The notes: generated from the letters alone by a model not told the origin. A stretch of DNA of 64,000 nt from Oligoflexia bacterium (GCA_963758495.1 CAVWVI010000004.1:800001-864000); one strand, 5' to 3'. Shown: positions 1-9,919, counted from the first letter of the stretch. Made by a program: numbers and translations.

Positions 1-927
1 ATGATGATCAGCAAACTTCTCCGTATTGGAGATTTCTAATAACCTTGTTCTTTCAACAAACGTTAATAAGTTAAAAAATGCATTGTTCTTAAAAGCTTCC
101 ATCTTGGTTTGTGGTACTACCACCGGCACTGTATGAGCAATCCTTCTTTGAGCCGAGAATTCCATCAAAACCGCCGCACTACTCCGATTGATATGAGTCA
201 ACTCTTTAAGAGCTTCATTGAAACCTTCTTTTTTAGAATCTGATTTTCTAATTATATTTCTGATTTCATCATCTTTCTTCAAATGATGTATTCCAAAACT
301 ACACAAAAGGATACGGTCTTTATCCTGTAATTCCACCTTGAGAGTCTCAACCTCTAAGCTTTGCTCCATCCCTAATGTCAAGGAGACCTTATTTGCATAG
401 ACTCTACTCTGAGCCTCTGTTTCAGGTACGAGGTTATCCATAAAAATACTATTCGCGTAATTATGATCGGTAGTCAGTTGATCTAAAGAGTCTTGTCTTA
501 ATAAATAGATACGACCGGTTCCAATATGTCCTAGTACTAGACTATTGCGAATAACCCAGGCGATATCTATCTCAACGTTCAAATAATCATTTTCATTTTT
601 CTTCCAATTTACCTTTTGTTTTTGCTGAAATAACTCAAATGATGCTTTTTTTACAGCAACCTCTACGATCGTAACCGCTCGCTGAAGGGACAAGTTGGGT
701 TCAACTTCTGCATATTTTTTAATGATCCCAAGCGCAACATCTACTGCTATTTTACTTGGATTAAAATTTGACGGTAATGGATGAGATAAACTACTTTTAG
801 CATGAGATGACATGATAAATACTTTTGCCTCACTCAAGCTGACTAGATTAAAAAAAGAGGAATCGGATTGCGCCTTAACACTCACGCATTCAGCACTGAT
901 GAGCTTATCGTTATTGAGCATTGTCAT
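1..927 (-). CDS. Degenerate PP2C/PPM-type phosphatase domain protein, probably followed by a cyclic-nucleotide-binding domain (partial, runs off left edge)
   Basis: Not in the ORF track; translated by hand from ATG 927 and open to position 1. Contains GHIGTGRIYLLRQ..LDQLTTDHN and DRILLCSFG (PP2C-like motifs with the Asp residues replaced), then FKNNAFFNLLTFVERTRLL resembling the start of a cNMP domain. Confidence 0.7.
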   Translation of the reverse strand, partial: MTMLNNDKLISAECVSVKAQSDSSFFNLVSLSEAKVFIMSSHAKSSLSHPLPSNFNPSKIAVDVALGIIKKYAEVEPNLSLQRAVTIVEVAVKKASFELFQQKQKVNWKKNENDYLNVEIDIAWVIRNSLVLGHIGTGRIYLLRQDSLDQLTTDHNYANSIFMDNLVPETEAQSRVYANKVSLTLGMEQSLEVETLKVELQDKDRILLCSFGIHHLKKDDEIRNIIRKSDSKKEGFNEALKELTHINRSSAAVLMEFSAQRRIAHTVPVVVPQTKMEAFKNNAFFNLLTFVERTRLLEISNTEKFADHH

Positions 928-1043
928 AAGTTTTAATCATGCCTTAAAATAGATTAAATGAGGCATATTGTTTTAATAATGCAGGAACTGTATTTTTAAA
1001 ACAAGCGTTTTAATATTACAGATCCTGTATTATTAAAATTCCA

Positions 1044-1712
1044 TTAAATTCTCTGTATCACCGACCACTGCCGAGTCCCACTGCCTTCACGACGATAACT
1101 GTGAAATCTCGGAGATTGAGAACAATGGGTACAAGCGCGAATCAGATCGACTTCATAAAGTCCTATTGCTTTGAGTTCCGCAGCATTGATTGCGGGAAGA
1201 TCCAAATTTCTATCCTGAGTAACCGAAGGAACCGCAAGTCCATCACCTAAATATTTAAACTCTGATTGAAAATCTTCAGCCAACTCCGTACTGACCTCAT
1301 AACAACAGGGTCCGATAGCAGGGCCAACGGCGGCTACCCATTCTTTAGGATTTTCTCCCTCGCTCATCAACTGATTCCAAAGCTGCCGCAGAATATGCGC
1401 ACGTGTTCCGCGCCAGCCCGCATGAACGGCAGCCACTCCATTTCCTAAGCGATGTGCTAAAAGGATGGGTACGCAATCAGCGGTAACGATCCCGATTGGA
1501 ATTTCTTCAGATCTAGTAAAAAGGCCATCTACCTCTCCGCACTCTTGGCTGGGAGTTTTCACACAAGCAATGTTTGAACCATGATTTTGCCGATGTTTTG
1601 GACCAGAAGCTTGCCATTGTTTCGAGAAGGGAAGCGGAAGGGACTCCTCTAAAGTTCCAAACCCATGGATAACGCCAGGCACAACGGAAAGTACAGAGCT
1701 CGTCAAATACAT
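1044..1712 (-). CDS. pgeF: Peptidoglycan editing factor PgeF / YfiH-family (laccase-domain) purine nucleoside phosphorylase
   Basis: Motifs QNHG, DGLFT, TADCVPILL, AVHAGWRG, GPAIGPCCYEV, FHSYRR. ATG 1712 is preceded by GGGAG. Confidence 0.93.
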   Translation of the reverse strand: MYLTSSVLSVVPGVIHGFGTLEESLPLPFSKQWQASGPKHRQNHGSNIACVKTPSQECGEVDGLFTRSEEIPIGIVTADCVPILLAHRLGNGVAAVHAGWRGTRAHILRQLWNQLMSEGENPKEWVAAVGPAIGPCCYEVSTELAEDFQSEFKYLGDGLAVPSVTQDRNLDLPAINAAELKAIGLYEVDLIRACTHCSQSPRFHSYRREGSGTRQWSVIQRI

Positions 1713-1727
1713 AATTACTCCCAATCA

Positions 1728-1844
1728 TCATTCCAAATAATCATTCCAAATAATCATTCCAAATAATCATTCCAAATAATTACTCTAAATAATCCTTCTA
1801 AATAATCTCTCCAAATAATCACTCTAAATAATCACTCTAAATGA
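1728..1844. repeat. 13-bp tandem repeat, 9 units (TCATTCCAAATAA x4 exact, then 5 variants)
   Basis: Read directly. Units start at 1728, 1741, 1754, 1767, 1780, 1793, 1806, 1819 and 1832; the last unit contains the oppA stop codon. Confidence 0.95.
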
Positions 1845-3403
1845 AGGTCTTGAAATTGAACAATACCAAACGAATTAACTTGAAAGCCCCTCACTCGCGG
1901 CAATACACCCGTATTTTGCACATAATGATAAATAGGAACGAGAGCCGCCTCATCTTCTACTAGAATTTTTTGAGCCTGTCGAATTTTTGCTTCCCTCGCC
2001 GCTCCTGGAATCATTCCTTCAATCTGATTCACCAAAAGATCATACTGCTGATTCGAACATCCTGAGTAATTATTTAGATTTCCTGTCGTGAATACTTTCA
2101 AATGTGAAATAGGATCCATAAAAGGAGCCATCCAACCAGATCTAAAAATGGAAGGTGTATTTGATTTTAAAGTTTGGATATAAGTTCGCCAATCCAATTG
2201 GTTTAATAAAATTCGAATACCTAGAACTTGTTGAACGTCGTGTTGAATTTTTTCAAAAACTCTGGAGTTCCTGATCCCCGTATCAAATGCAGCAGTAATC
2301 ACTTCTGGGGCTCGATGATGATTTCTCACCCATTCAATCGAATCCGAGAAGGTTGATCTTGGATCTTGATAAAGAGTAAATCCCTCTAGGCCTTTTGGAA
2401 TCCAGCTCGAAGCAGGAAGTTCCCCAGCTCCTAATATCGTAGAAATCTCGTCACGCCTGATCGAGCCAGCAATCGCCCGCCTCCAGTTTCGATCATTAAA
2501 AGGAGGCTTTCGGCAATTAAAAGAAAGATAATAAGTCGCTAAAAAGGGAGCGGTATGAATCTGCCCCGTCTTTTTTAGCCGTAGGTAATCCAATGACGAA
2601 ATGTGATTGAGCAAATCCAACTGTCCATGATCAAAAAGATGAATTGCAGTGGACTCATCCACCACTACCCACAACTCAATGCGAGGAATCATGGCTATCT
2701 TCCCCCAGTAATTCAAATTTCTTTCGAGTACGATTTTCTGGCCTATCTGGTGAGAAATCATGCGATAAGCGCCGGTCGAGGGGGCATTCTCAGGCCAAAT
2801 CCCGTGATTTTTATCTAAAACATCTTGCCGAATTGGAAATGCGGGAGGGAGGGTCAAAGCTTGGATAAAATAAGGCGTTGCTCTTTCCAGCTCAATCACC
2901 AACTTACCTTGCGATTCCTTAATTCCAAGAGCCAGTTCTGAAGACTTTCGCTCATGATAAGACCGTGCTCCTCGAATGGCAAAGAACAGAGGGGCAAGTT
3001 TACACACCGTTCCAGGACTCAGTGCCCGCCTCAAAGCTAATATAAAATTTTGGGGCTGAATAATTTGCCCATCGGACCAGCGAGCATTTGGCTTCAGTTT
3101 AAATTCATACCGCGTTCCATCTGGAGAGATCGTATAGGATTCTGCGATTCTATTTTGTAGCTTTCCTTCAGCATCATACCCTACCAGGCCACTATTGATA
3201 TTATTCAATATTTGGAGCGAAACTCCATCTTCAGCGAGAGTGGGGTCAAGGGATATGGGTTCATTTGCCAATTGAACATGAAGAACCTGTTTTGCTTCAT
3301 AGGATGATGGGGATGAAGTGGATGAAGGAAGTTTCGAACAACAAATCATGAGAGAAGCAGCTATGAAGCAGGTCAGTGCCCTTTTAAAACTGTATTTAGG
3401 CAT
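1832..3403 (-). CDS. oppA: Oligopeptide ABC transporter substrate-binding lipoprotein (SBP family 5)
   Basis: Lipoprotein-type signal (LMICC), EPISLDP, RIAESYTISPDG.YEFKL..ARWSDG, TGAY, PPFND and GW.A.F.DP motifs. No permease genes adjacent. Confidence 0.9.
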   Translation of the reverse strand: MPKYSFKRALTCFIAASLMICCSKLPSSTSSPSSYEAKQVLHVQLANEPISLDPTLAEDGVSLQILNNINSGLVGYDAEGKLQNRIAESYTISPDGTRYEFKLKPNARWSDGQIIQPQNFILALRRALSPGTVCKLAPLFFAIRGARSYHERKSSELALGIKESQGKLVIELERATPYFIQALTLPPAFPIRQDVLDKNHGIWPENAPSTGAYRMISHQIGQKIVLERNLNYWGKIAMIPRIELWVVVDESTAIHLFDHGQLDLLNHISSLDYLRLKKTGQIHTAPFLATYYLSFNCRKPPFNDRNWRRAIAGSIRRDEISTILGAGELPASSWIPKGLEGFTLYQDPRSTFSDSIEWVRNHHRAPEVITAAFDTGIRNSRVFEKIQHDVQQVLGIRILLNQLDWRTYIQTLKSNTPSIFRSGWMAPFMDPISHLKVFTTGNLNNYSGCSNQQYDLLVNQIEGMIPGAAREAKIRQAQKILVEDEAALVPIYHYVQNTGVLPRVRGFQVNSFGIVQFQDLHLE

Positions 3404-3466
3404 AAGTGGTTTATAACATTCCTATCTCATGTTAACTTGGGAAAAGGGAGTTCTTCACATACAAGT

Positions 3467-4261
3467 ATGCATTCAATTACACAATTTCTTTCAGAAATCC
3501 TCAACGTTACAGGTAGCCTAACAGTATGGCAGTCCTTAATTGCTATATTGGTGACCTACTTCGGTGGAGTTCTTTCAAGCCTAACCCCGTGCGTCTATCC
3601 CATGATACCCATTACGGTGAGTGTTGTAGGGGGTATCGGCTCAAAAAAGCGATCTTGGCAAGAAATTTCTATCAGGGGATCCGCCTATGTAGCAGGAATG
3701 ACCATTATTTACTCTTTTTTGGGAGTACTTGCGGGGCTTTCAGGAAAGGTCTTTGGGTCCTTTACAAACACAAGCGGCTGGTACCTGGGTTTGGGTATGA
3801 TTATGTCAATGGCTGCTCTCATGATGCTGGACGTTGTCCCATTCGATCCCATGGTATGGTGGGATCAAATTAAAAGAAAGTTTAGCCATAAATTCGGTCA
3901 TAAACGTCATTACTCTTCTTCTCATCACGCTCTCGTTCAAAAGGAGATCACAGTGATTGGCGCCTTTGTTTTAGGAGCATCTTCTGGATTTATCGCCGCT
4001 CCATGCACCACGCCTGTACTCACTTCAATTTTAGCTTTCATTGCAAAAACTCAATCTGTTGGACTCGGGTTTGCTTTAATGTTTTCTTTTTCACTGGGAT
4101 TAGGCACCCTTTTACTTCTTATTGCAGCCTTTGCAGGAGCAGTTCAAATACTACCCCGTTCCGGACAGTGGATGAAATCGGTGAAAACTATGAGTGGATT
4201 AATTCTACTCGCTTTTGCAGAATACTTAATTTACCGTGCAGGAACTTTCGGAGGCCCATGA
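3467..4261 (+). CDS. CcdA/DsbD transmembrane thiol:disulfide electron transfer protein
   Basis: SLTPCVYPMIP and AAPCTTPVL motifs, multiple TM helices, LPRSGQWM. ATG 3467 preferred over TTG 3437. Confidence 0.92.
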   Translation: MHSITQFLSEILNVTGSLTVWQSLIAILVTYFGGVLSSLTPCVYPMIPITVSVVGGIGSKKRSWQEISIRGSAYVAGMTIIYSFLGVLAGLSGKVFGSFTNTSGWYLGLGMIMSMAALMMLDVVPFDPMVWWDQIKRKFSHKFGHKRHYSSSHHALVQKEITVIGAFVLGASSGFIAAPCTTPVLTSILAFIAKTQSVGLGFALMFSFSLGLGTLLLLIAAFAGAVQILPRSGQWMKSVKTMSGLILLAFAEYLIYRAGTFGGP

Positions 4262-5439
4262 TTTCCATGAATGGAAGCAATTCAACAAAAAGCTCTCGAC
4301 TTCAAATGTATATTTTAAATATCTTTGCATTAGCAGGGGTTGGAATTTCAGTTGCGCTGACTCAGCACTTTTATGATATTAGAAATGGCACTTCTGGATT
4401 TAAATCCTTCTGTAACCTAGGTCAATCCATAAACTGCGACATCGTAGCTGCAAGTCAGTTTTCAGAGCTGATCTGGGGTTTACCCTTGTCCGGCTTTGCC
4501 TCAGGATGGTTCCTTACACTCTTTTTTGTCAGTATCTTTGCCCACAATCCATTTTGGCGCCGTGAATCTTTACGGGCTTCCTTTGCCCTTTCACTTTTCA
4601 GTATTTTGATTGCTATTCCATATATCATAATAATGGCATTCCAATTGAAGACCTATTGCCTACTTTGCTTTGCAGTAGATACTTTAAGCCTCCTTTCATT
4701 TCTGACTGTCTTGAGCTTAAAGCCTGAAGGTTTTTCTATTCATAAACTGGATCTATCTAAGTGGAAGATTTTCTCTGGAATTTTAGTAGGGTCACTCGTG
4801 ATCTCAGTTTTTGGATTAAAGACTCTCGATCAAAGCGCTGTGCCTTCAGCTGATTTAGCAGAAATCACAAATGGAATTTTAAATAGTCCTGCTTTGTCCG
4901 TGAGAACTGACGATAACTTTCCTTCCATAGGTCCAAAGACGGCTCCGATTACGATAGTAGAATTTAGTGATTTTCAATGTCCATTCTGCCGCATCGGCGC
5001 ATTTGGACTCAACTCTGTTTTGAACCGATACCCTGATAAGGTGAGAGTGATCTTTCGAAATTACCCATTAGATCAAGCTTGCAATCCTCATGTACCCCAG
5101 CCTGCACACCAGTTCGCATGTGAGGCTGCAAGTGCCGCCCTTTGTGCTCAGAGGCATGGTAAATTTGAGATTGCTTACCAAGAACTATTCGAGAAACAAG
5201 CGTCCTTTGGCCCAGGCCGGCCCTTAGAAATTGTAAAAAATCTCGGAATCAATGATGCTGACCTAAAAGCATGCGCTGTTTCTCAAGAAACTGCGACAAG
5301 AATAACCCAAGATATTGAAGAAGCAACCCAGCTTGGGGTACGCTCCACTCCTACATTTTTTATCAATGGATATAAAATAGAAGGGGTTTATCCAATACCT
5401 ATCTGGAATAACGTAATAGAGAAACTACTTTTAAAATGA
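4258..5439 (+). CDS. VKOR - DsbA/thioredoxin fusion protein
   Basis: VKOR loop C-x7-C (CNLGQSINC..V..S), YCLLC, then FSDFQCPFC and STPTFFING. ATG 4258 overlaps the upstream TGA and has a GGAGG RBS. Confidence 0.92.
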   Translation: MISMNGSNSTKSSRLQMYILNIFALAGVGISVALTQHFYDIRNGTSGFKSFCNLGQSINCDIVAASQFSELIWGLPLSGFASGWFLTLFFVSIFAHNPFWRRESLRASFALSLFSILIAIPYIIIMAFQLKTYCLLCFAVDTLSLLSFLTVLSLKPEGFSIHKLDLSKWKIFSGILVGSLVISVFGLKTLDQSAVPSADLAEITNGILNSPALSVRTDDNFPSIGPKTAPITIVEFSDFQCPFCRIGAFGLNSVLNRYPDKVRVIFRNYPLDQACNPHVPQPAHQFACEAASAALCAQRHGKFEIAYQELFEKQASFGPGRPLEIVKNLGINDADLKACAVSQETATRITQDIEEATQLGVRSTPTFFINGYKIEGVYPIPIWNNVIEKLLLK

Positions 5440-6218
5440 CCCTAATCGATAGCCATTGCCATTTGAATTATGATTATCTTCCCAAAACTACCGATGACTT
5501 GGTTCAAGAAGCACACGCTGCCGATATTGAAGCCCTTGTCACAATTGGAACCGATGTAGCATCCATTCCTGAAATTCAAAGAATTTCTGAGAAATATGAA
5601 AATGTTTTTCATACGGTAGGAATTCACCCTCATGATGCAGTCTCGGTATCTGAACCGGACCTGGGTATTCTCGAAAAGGCCGCCCATCATCCGAAATGTC
5701 GAGCGATTGGGGAAATTGGCTTAGATTATCATTATTCTATATCTCCCCATGACGTGCAAAAAATACGACTGAATCAACAACTTGAGTTAGCTCTGCGCCT
5801 GAAGTTGCCAGTCATTATTCATAGCCGAGAAGGAGAAGCAGATCTCCTCATTTCCCTAAAAAACTATGCTGAAAAACTTCCAGCGGGTGCAATTCCAGGA
5901 GTCATTCATTGCTTTACTGGAAGTATTGACTTTGGAAAAGCATGCCTAGACTTAGGATTTTACATTTCATTTTCAGGCATCCTTACATTTAAAAAAGCGG
6001 AAGAAGTTCATGCTGCGGCTCAAGCCTTTCCTATCGAAAGACTTTTAGTTGAAACAGACTCTCCCTATCTGGCACCTATTCCTTTTCGGGGTAAAAAATG
6101 TGAACCTGCCATGGTAAAATTTACGGCTCTGAAGCTTGCTGAAATTAAGTCTTTATCTCTCGATGAAGTAGCGCGTATCACCACCGCTAATTCAAAGCGA
6201 ATATTCAAAATTAGCTAG
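5436..6218 (+). CDS. tatD: TatD-family DNase
   Basis: DSHCH, GIHPH, IGEIGLDY, IHSR, HCFTG and ETDSPYLAP motifs. Confidence 0.96.
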   Translation: MTLIDSHCHLNYDYLPKTTDDLVQEAHAADIEALVTIGTDVASIPEIQRISEKYENVFHTVGIHPHDAVSVSEPDLGILEKAAHHPKCRAIGEIGLDYHYSISPHDVQKIRLNQQLELALRLKLPVIIHSREGEADLLISLKNYAEKLPAGAIPGVIHCFTGSIDFGKACLDLGFYISFSGILTFKKAEEVHAAAQAFPIERLLVETDSPYLAPIPFRGKKCEPAMVKFTALKLAEIKSLSLDEVARITTANSKRIFKIS

Positions 6219-6220
6219 CT

Positions 6221-6336
6221 ATTATTATCTGCATGATCTACATCTCTGCTCCCTTTTCTATCAGGTACTTTACTATTTCTTGGTGGCCTTTATAAGCCGC
6301 GCATAGAAGAGGGGTCCATCCACCCTTATCTTGTAT
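6221..6336 (-). pseudogene. Isolated ankyrin-repeat gene fragment
   Basis: Minus strand reads IQDKGGWTPLLCAAYKGHQEIVKYLIEKGAEM-stop, with DVDHADNN continuing in a shifted frame. No start codon. 31/33 nt identical to 7107-7139. Confidence 0.85.
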
Positions 6337-6786
6337 CTATATAATATTTAAAAAATTGCTCAAACAATACAATACCTGACAAATACTTACAACTATATTT
6401 TTCATACTTATACTGAATAATTATTTTGTGACTGATGCTCCACAAAATACGATCCATCCTAAAATCCCTACACCTTGGAAAAAAGTTTTATTCCAATTTT
6501 TCCACAGATCTCCTCACGCATGACTGTTCATTACTCAAACCATAGTCAAAATCTGATTTTGGAATAAACCTATAAAACACAACGGAATTCATCTAATAAC
6601 TAGGTTATTAAAAGTCACGAATCACCCTGAATTCAAAGGCTTTTGAGGCAATTCGCAAAAGAAATTATTAATCATAAACAGAATAAATATAGTTGTTATT
6701 ATTTGTAAAATAATGCATTAGTTGAGCGATTATATCTATCTCTTATAAAGATATTATAATTTTTTTAAAAAATTGGAAGACGTAGT

Positions 6787-7236
6787 ATGAATATGCGAGT
6801 TTTACAGATTTTGTGGATGGTAGTTGCAGTTGCTTCGCTCGAATGCTCCACACTGGCGTTTGGAAACGATAACAGTCCTTATGCAAAAAAGTACGTAGTT
6901 GAAGCGGCTAAGCTACTTACCTCAACAAAAAAATCGATATCGGCTACCGCACTCACAAATGCCCTGCGTATTGATGATCTTATTTCAGTGGCGGGCGATG
7001 GCAATCTATCTCAAGTCATATCTCTTGTTAAAAAGGGAGTAGACGTAAACTATGCAAGTAATGCTGGAGCTACACCTCTTTTGCTTGCGGCACAAAATGG
7101 CCACATAGAAATAGTAAAGTACTTGATAGAAAGGGGAGCGGAAGTAAATCATGCAAAGAATGATGGCTCGAATCCCTTTTTCTTCCAGTTTTTGGATTGC
7201 TCTATGCCGGCGTGCTCTTTTTGGGGGGTGGACTAG
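6787..7236 (+). CDS. Secreted ankyrin-repeat protein, apparently C-terminally truncated
   Basis: Signal peptide, then repeats GNLSQVISLVKKGVDVN and GATPLLLAAQNGHIEIVKYLIERGAEVN. The third repeat breaks off after NDGSNP. Confidence 0.8.
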   Translation: MNMRVLQILWMVVAVASLECSTLAFGNDNSPYAKKYVVEAAKLLTSTKKSISATALTNALRIDDLISVAGDGNLSQVISLVKKGVDVNYASNAGATPLLLAAQNGHIEIVKYLIERGAEVNHAKNDGSNPFFFQFLDCSMPACSFWGVD

Positions 7237-7613
7237 GAACAGGAGCTGGCGTTTTAACTAACTCTTTTGGAAAGCGCTTTATTGTCTTGGGTCTCCACGG
7301 TGAGGCCAGTAATTTCGCCAGCAGTAGCATGGTTTGGGCAGGGGTGGGTTTCCAGGGCGATACGGGAGTCTTTGAGAGAGGCTCACGATTGGAAAGGATT
7401 GAGAAATATAGAGGTGGCATAGTGGGCCATAAATCCACTCAGGATTCAACCGAATTTACTTTAGGTTTTCCAGGGGGAAAAGGCAACCAGTCCAGCAAAA
7501 CAATTCGCCTTTGCCCGATTCCAGGTCGCAATTATCGAATGATTCGTGAGCAGCTTGGGATACAATACTCTGATCAAATGGAGATTGATTCGGAAGCTTA
7601 CCTCGCGAATTAG
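7197..7613 (+). CDS. Hypothetical Gly-rich protein, possibly the 3' remnant of another gene
   Basis: 138-codon ORF with a TTG start and no clear RBS, overlapping the ankyrin ORF end. Confidence 0.35.
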   Translation: MLYAGVLFLGGGLGTGAGVLTNSFGKRFIVLGLHGEASNFASSSMVWAGVGFQGDTGVFERGSRLERIEKYRGGIVGHKSTQDSTEFTLGFPGGKGNQSSKTIRLCPIPGRNYRMIREQLGIQYSDQMEIDSEAYLAN

Positions 7614-7862
7614 AGCACTTCATCATCTCCTTTAAACTAAGCCCGCACCCTTGCGATTGCGCGTCCCAATCTCAAGGATGTATTTTTCAAAAAGGAAAAT
7701 CAAAGTTAAGCTACGGAATACATGAACCCCACCGGCTACCTAATAATAAGGTAGCTTCTGTATTTCAGGATATTTGACGGCCGCGACAAGACTCCTAAGC
7801 GTCTTGGAATACTTCAGTCGCCAAAACAACCTGCTCCATTCCGCCTCTCGAAGCGCTCTGAG

Positions 7863-8864
7863 TTAAATCTCCTTCTTCTCAGTGGCCCAATCAGGTTTAT
7901 AAAAAAACCTTAAATAATTACGATTCAAAGCAGTCCAACGACCGGGGGTCTGATCTTGTTCAATAAACTTTCCAATTGCATTCACTTTAGAATCAAGATC
8001 ATCAATCATATGAACAATCATCGCTTCTAAACAATGGGGTTCTTTAGGTGAACCGTACTCCAGCTTACCATGGTGAGATAGAATCAAATGTTTAACCAAG
8101 AGCTTTTTTTCCTCAGGAAAACTACCAGAAAGCCGGCCAGGTTGCGCTTCTAGCTCCCGTATTTTTCGTTCTACTAATTCCACACCCATCACCAAATGGC
8201 CGATTAATTTTCCTTCAGTGGTATAATCGGTAACTCGGTCATAGGATAATTCCCAAATTTTTCCGATATCGTGAAAAAAGCTCCCCAAAAAGAGCAGATC
8301 GCGATCCAAGTATTTTCCATAATGCTGGGAGAGATCATCTAGAATGCCGGTAATCGAAACGACATGCTCGAGTAATCCTGTTTTATAAGCATGGTGCATA
8401 CTTTTTGCTGCTGGTGCACGCTTAACTCTTTCCATAATGTCGGCATCATCCCGAAAAACGGATTCTGCTAGAGCCTTATAAAAAGGATCTTGCATACTCT
8501 CAATATAGCCCATGAGCTTTGCATAAAGCTCATTTGCATCCAGTTCACTTTCAGAAATATAGTCTTTGAGAATCACTTCATCTTCGCGAAGAATTTGAAG
8601 CCGTTGAACCACAATTTGACGTCTACCCTGATAGGTTTGGCATCGTCCTTCCACACACACAAAAGAGTCCCGGACAGTCTGTCCTACATATTGAGTCACA
8701 TCTTCCCAAAGCCGACCCTCAATTTCCCCTGATTTATCCATGAAAACTAAATTCATGTAGGGCTTGCCATTTTTTCCAACCGCCGTGGCACTGAACTTAA
8801 TTAAAAAGGGTGAATGGATCGCGTCTTTATCTTTGAGGTCTTTAATAAATTGAGTCTTTTGCAT
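7863..8864 (-). CDS. yhaM: YhaM/Cbf1-family 3'-5' exoribonuclease (OB fold + HD domain)
   Basis: GKPYMNL..MDKSGEIEGRLW OB fold, PAAKSMHHAY..GLLEH, HDIGK, SHHGKLEYGSP, IDDLDSK. Confidence 0.93.
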   Translation of the reverse strand: MQKTQFIKDLKDKDAIHSPFLIKFSATAVGKNGKPYMNLVFMDKSGEIEGRLWEDVTQYVGQTVRDSFVCVEGRCQTYQGRRQIVVQRLQILREDEVILKDYISESELDANELYAKLMGYIESMQDPFYKALAESVFRDDADIMERVKRAPAAKSMHHAYKTGLLEHVVSITGILDDLSQHYGKYLDRDLLFLGSFFHDIGKIWELSYDRVTDYTTEGKLIGHLVMGVELVERKIRELEAQPGRLSGSFPEEKKLLVKHLILSHHGKLEYGSPKEPHCLEAMIVHMIDDLDSKVNAIGKFIEQDQTPGRWTALNRNYLRFFYKPDWATEKKEI

Positions 8865-8953
8865 AAATTGTTTTCCAGGTGTAATGGATCTTTCCGCTAA
8901 AGTAAATCGCCAACATTTGTTATGCTCGGCTACTAGACAGGAGAAGAAGTAAA

Positions 8954-9919
8954 ATGACCCGAATTTTTAGGCCTACTTTAGAAAACAGCTCAATTCAGTG
9001 GAATTGGATCACCTTAATAGGTCCAGATGCAAAAGATTTTTTACAACGACTCACCACAGTCTTCGTCAAAACCCTTCCAGTGGGCCAAGGCGCTCCAGGC
9101 TGCTTTCTCACACCTCAAGGAAAAATTCGTGCTTATTTTACTCTTTGGAATTACCGACCAAATGAGTACGCCTTTGAGTTTGACGCCGGCCTTTCAGGAA
9201 AATGGAAAGTCAATCTTCTCAGCTTGATTGATCAATTTACTTTTGGAGAAAATATTTCTGTGGCTGATGCCACCGCCGAATTGGACTTCCGTTGGATTTT
9301 TCCAAAGGATTCTGATTTTATAAAAATGGGAATAGATTCACTTAAGCAGTACGAAACTGTAGCAATCGACGATGAAATCCGAATTTGTCACCATGGAGTC
9401 AATGACTATGGCCAAGTTTGGCTCACTGCCTGGGGCAGCCCTGCACGGCTTGCCCAATGGATGGATCAGACTTTTCTTCAAGCACCAGAGCCAGTACAAG
9501 ACCTCACATTTAAAGAGATCGAAGCATGGAGAATTTCGTCGCTTCGTCCTAAAATGGATTCTGAAATTACAGAATCTTCTGGGCCTCTCGAACTTGGCCT
9601 CAAAGATGCCATTGCGGAGAATAAAGGATGTTATCCTGGACAAGAAGTGATTGAAAAAATCGCGGCGCTCGGATCTCCTCCCAAACGACTTGTAAAAATC
9701 AGTGGAGAAGGAATGGCACCCCAATCGGGTGACCCCGTATTTTCCTTGGCTGAATCTCCCACAGAAGTCGGTCAGATCACCAGTGTTTCCTGCGCTGAGA
9801 ATGGTTTTGTTGCACTCGGTCTTCTCAATAAAATTCACGCAAAAGAGGGGTTATCCGTGCGCTTTTCTAATGAGAGCATTTCCAAAGGAGTTATAGTCAA
9901 AGTCACTTCCTATGTTTAA
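8954..9919 (+). CDS. ygfZ: YgfZ/GcvT-family folate-binding protein
   Basis: GPDAKDFLQRLTT, LTPQGKI and the signature KGCYPGQE. Confidence 0.92.
   Translation: MTRIFRPTLENSSIQWNWITLIGPDAKDFLQRLTTVFVKTLPVGQGAPGCFLTPQGKIRAYFTLWNYRPNEYAFEFDAGLSGKWKVNLLSLIDQFTFGENISVADATAELDFRWIFPKDSDFIKMGIDSLKQYETVAIDDEIRICHHGVNDYGQVWLTAWGSPARLAQWMDQTFLQAPEPVQDLTFKEIEAWRISSLRPKMDSEITESSGPLELGLKDAIAENKGCYPGQEVIEKIAALGSPPKRLVKISGEGMAPQSGDPVFSLAESPTEVGQITSVSCAENGFVALGLLNKIHAKEGLSVRFSNESISKGVIVKVTSYV

Noticed and set aside
1728..1844. Possible CRISPR array
   Set aside because: The 13-bp units are contiguous with no unique spacers, and there are no cas genes.
4003..4257. N-terminal extension of the VKOR ORF in the track
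   Set aside because: It overlaps ccdA in another frame; ATG 4258 has an RBS and stop-start coupling.
6340..6786. Replication origin in the AT-rich gap
   Set aside because: Only one near-consensus DnaA box (TTTTCCACA, ~6498), and no dnaA/gidA context.
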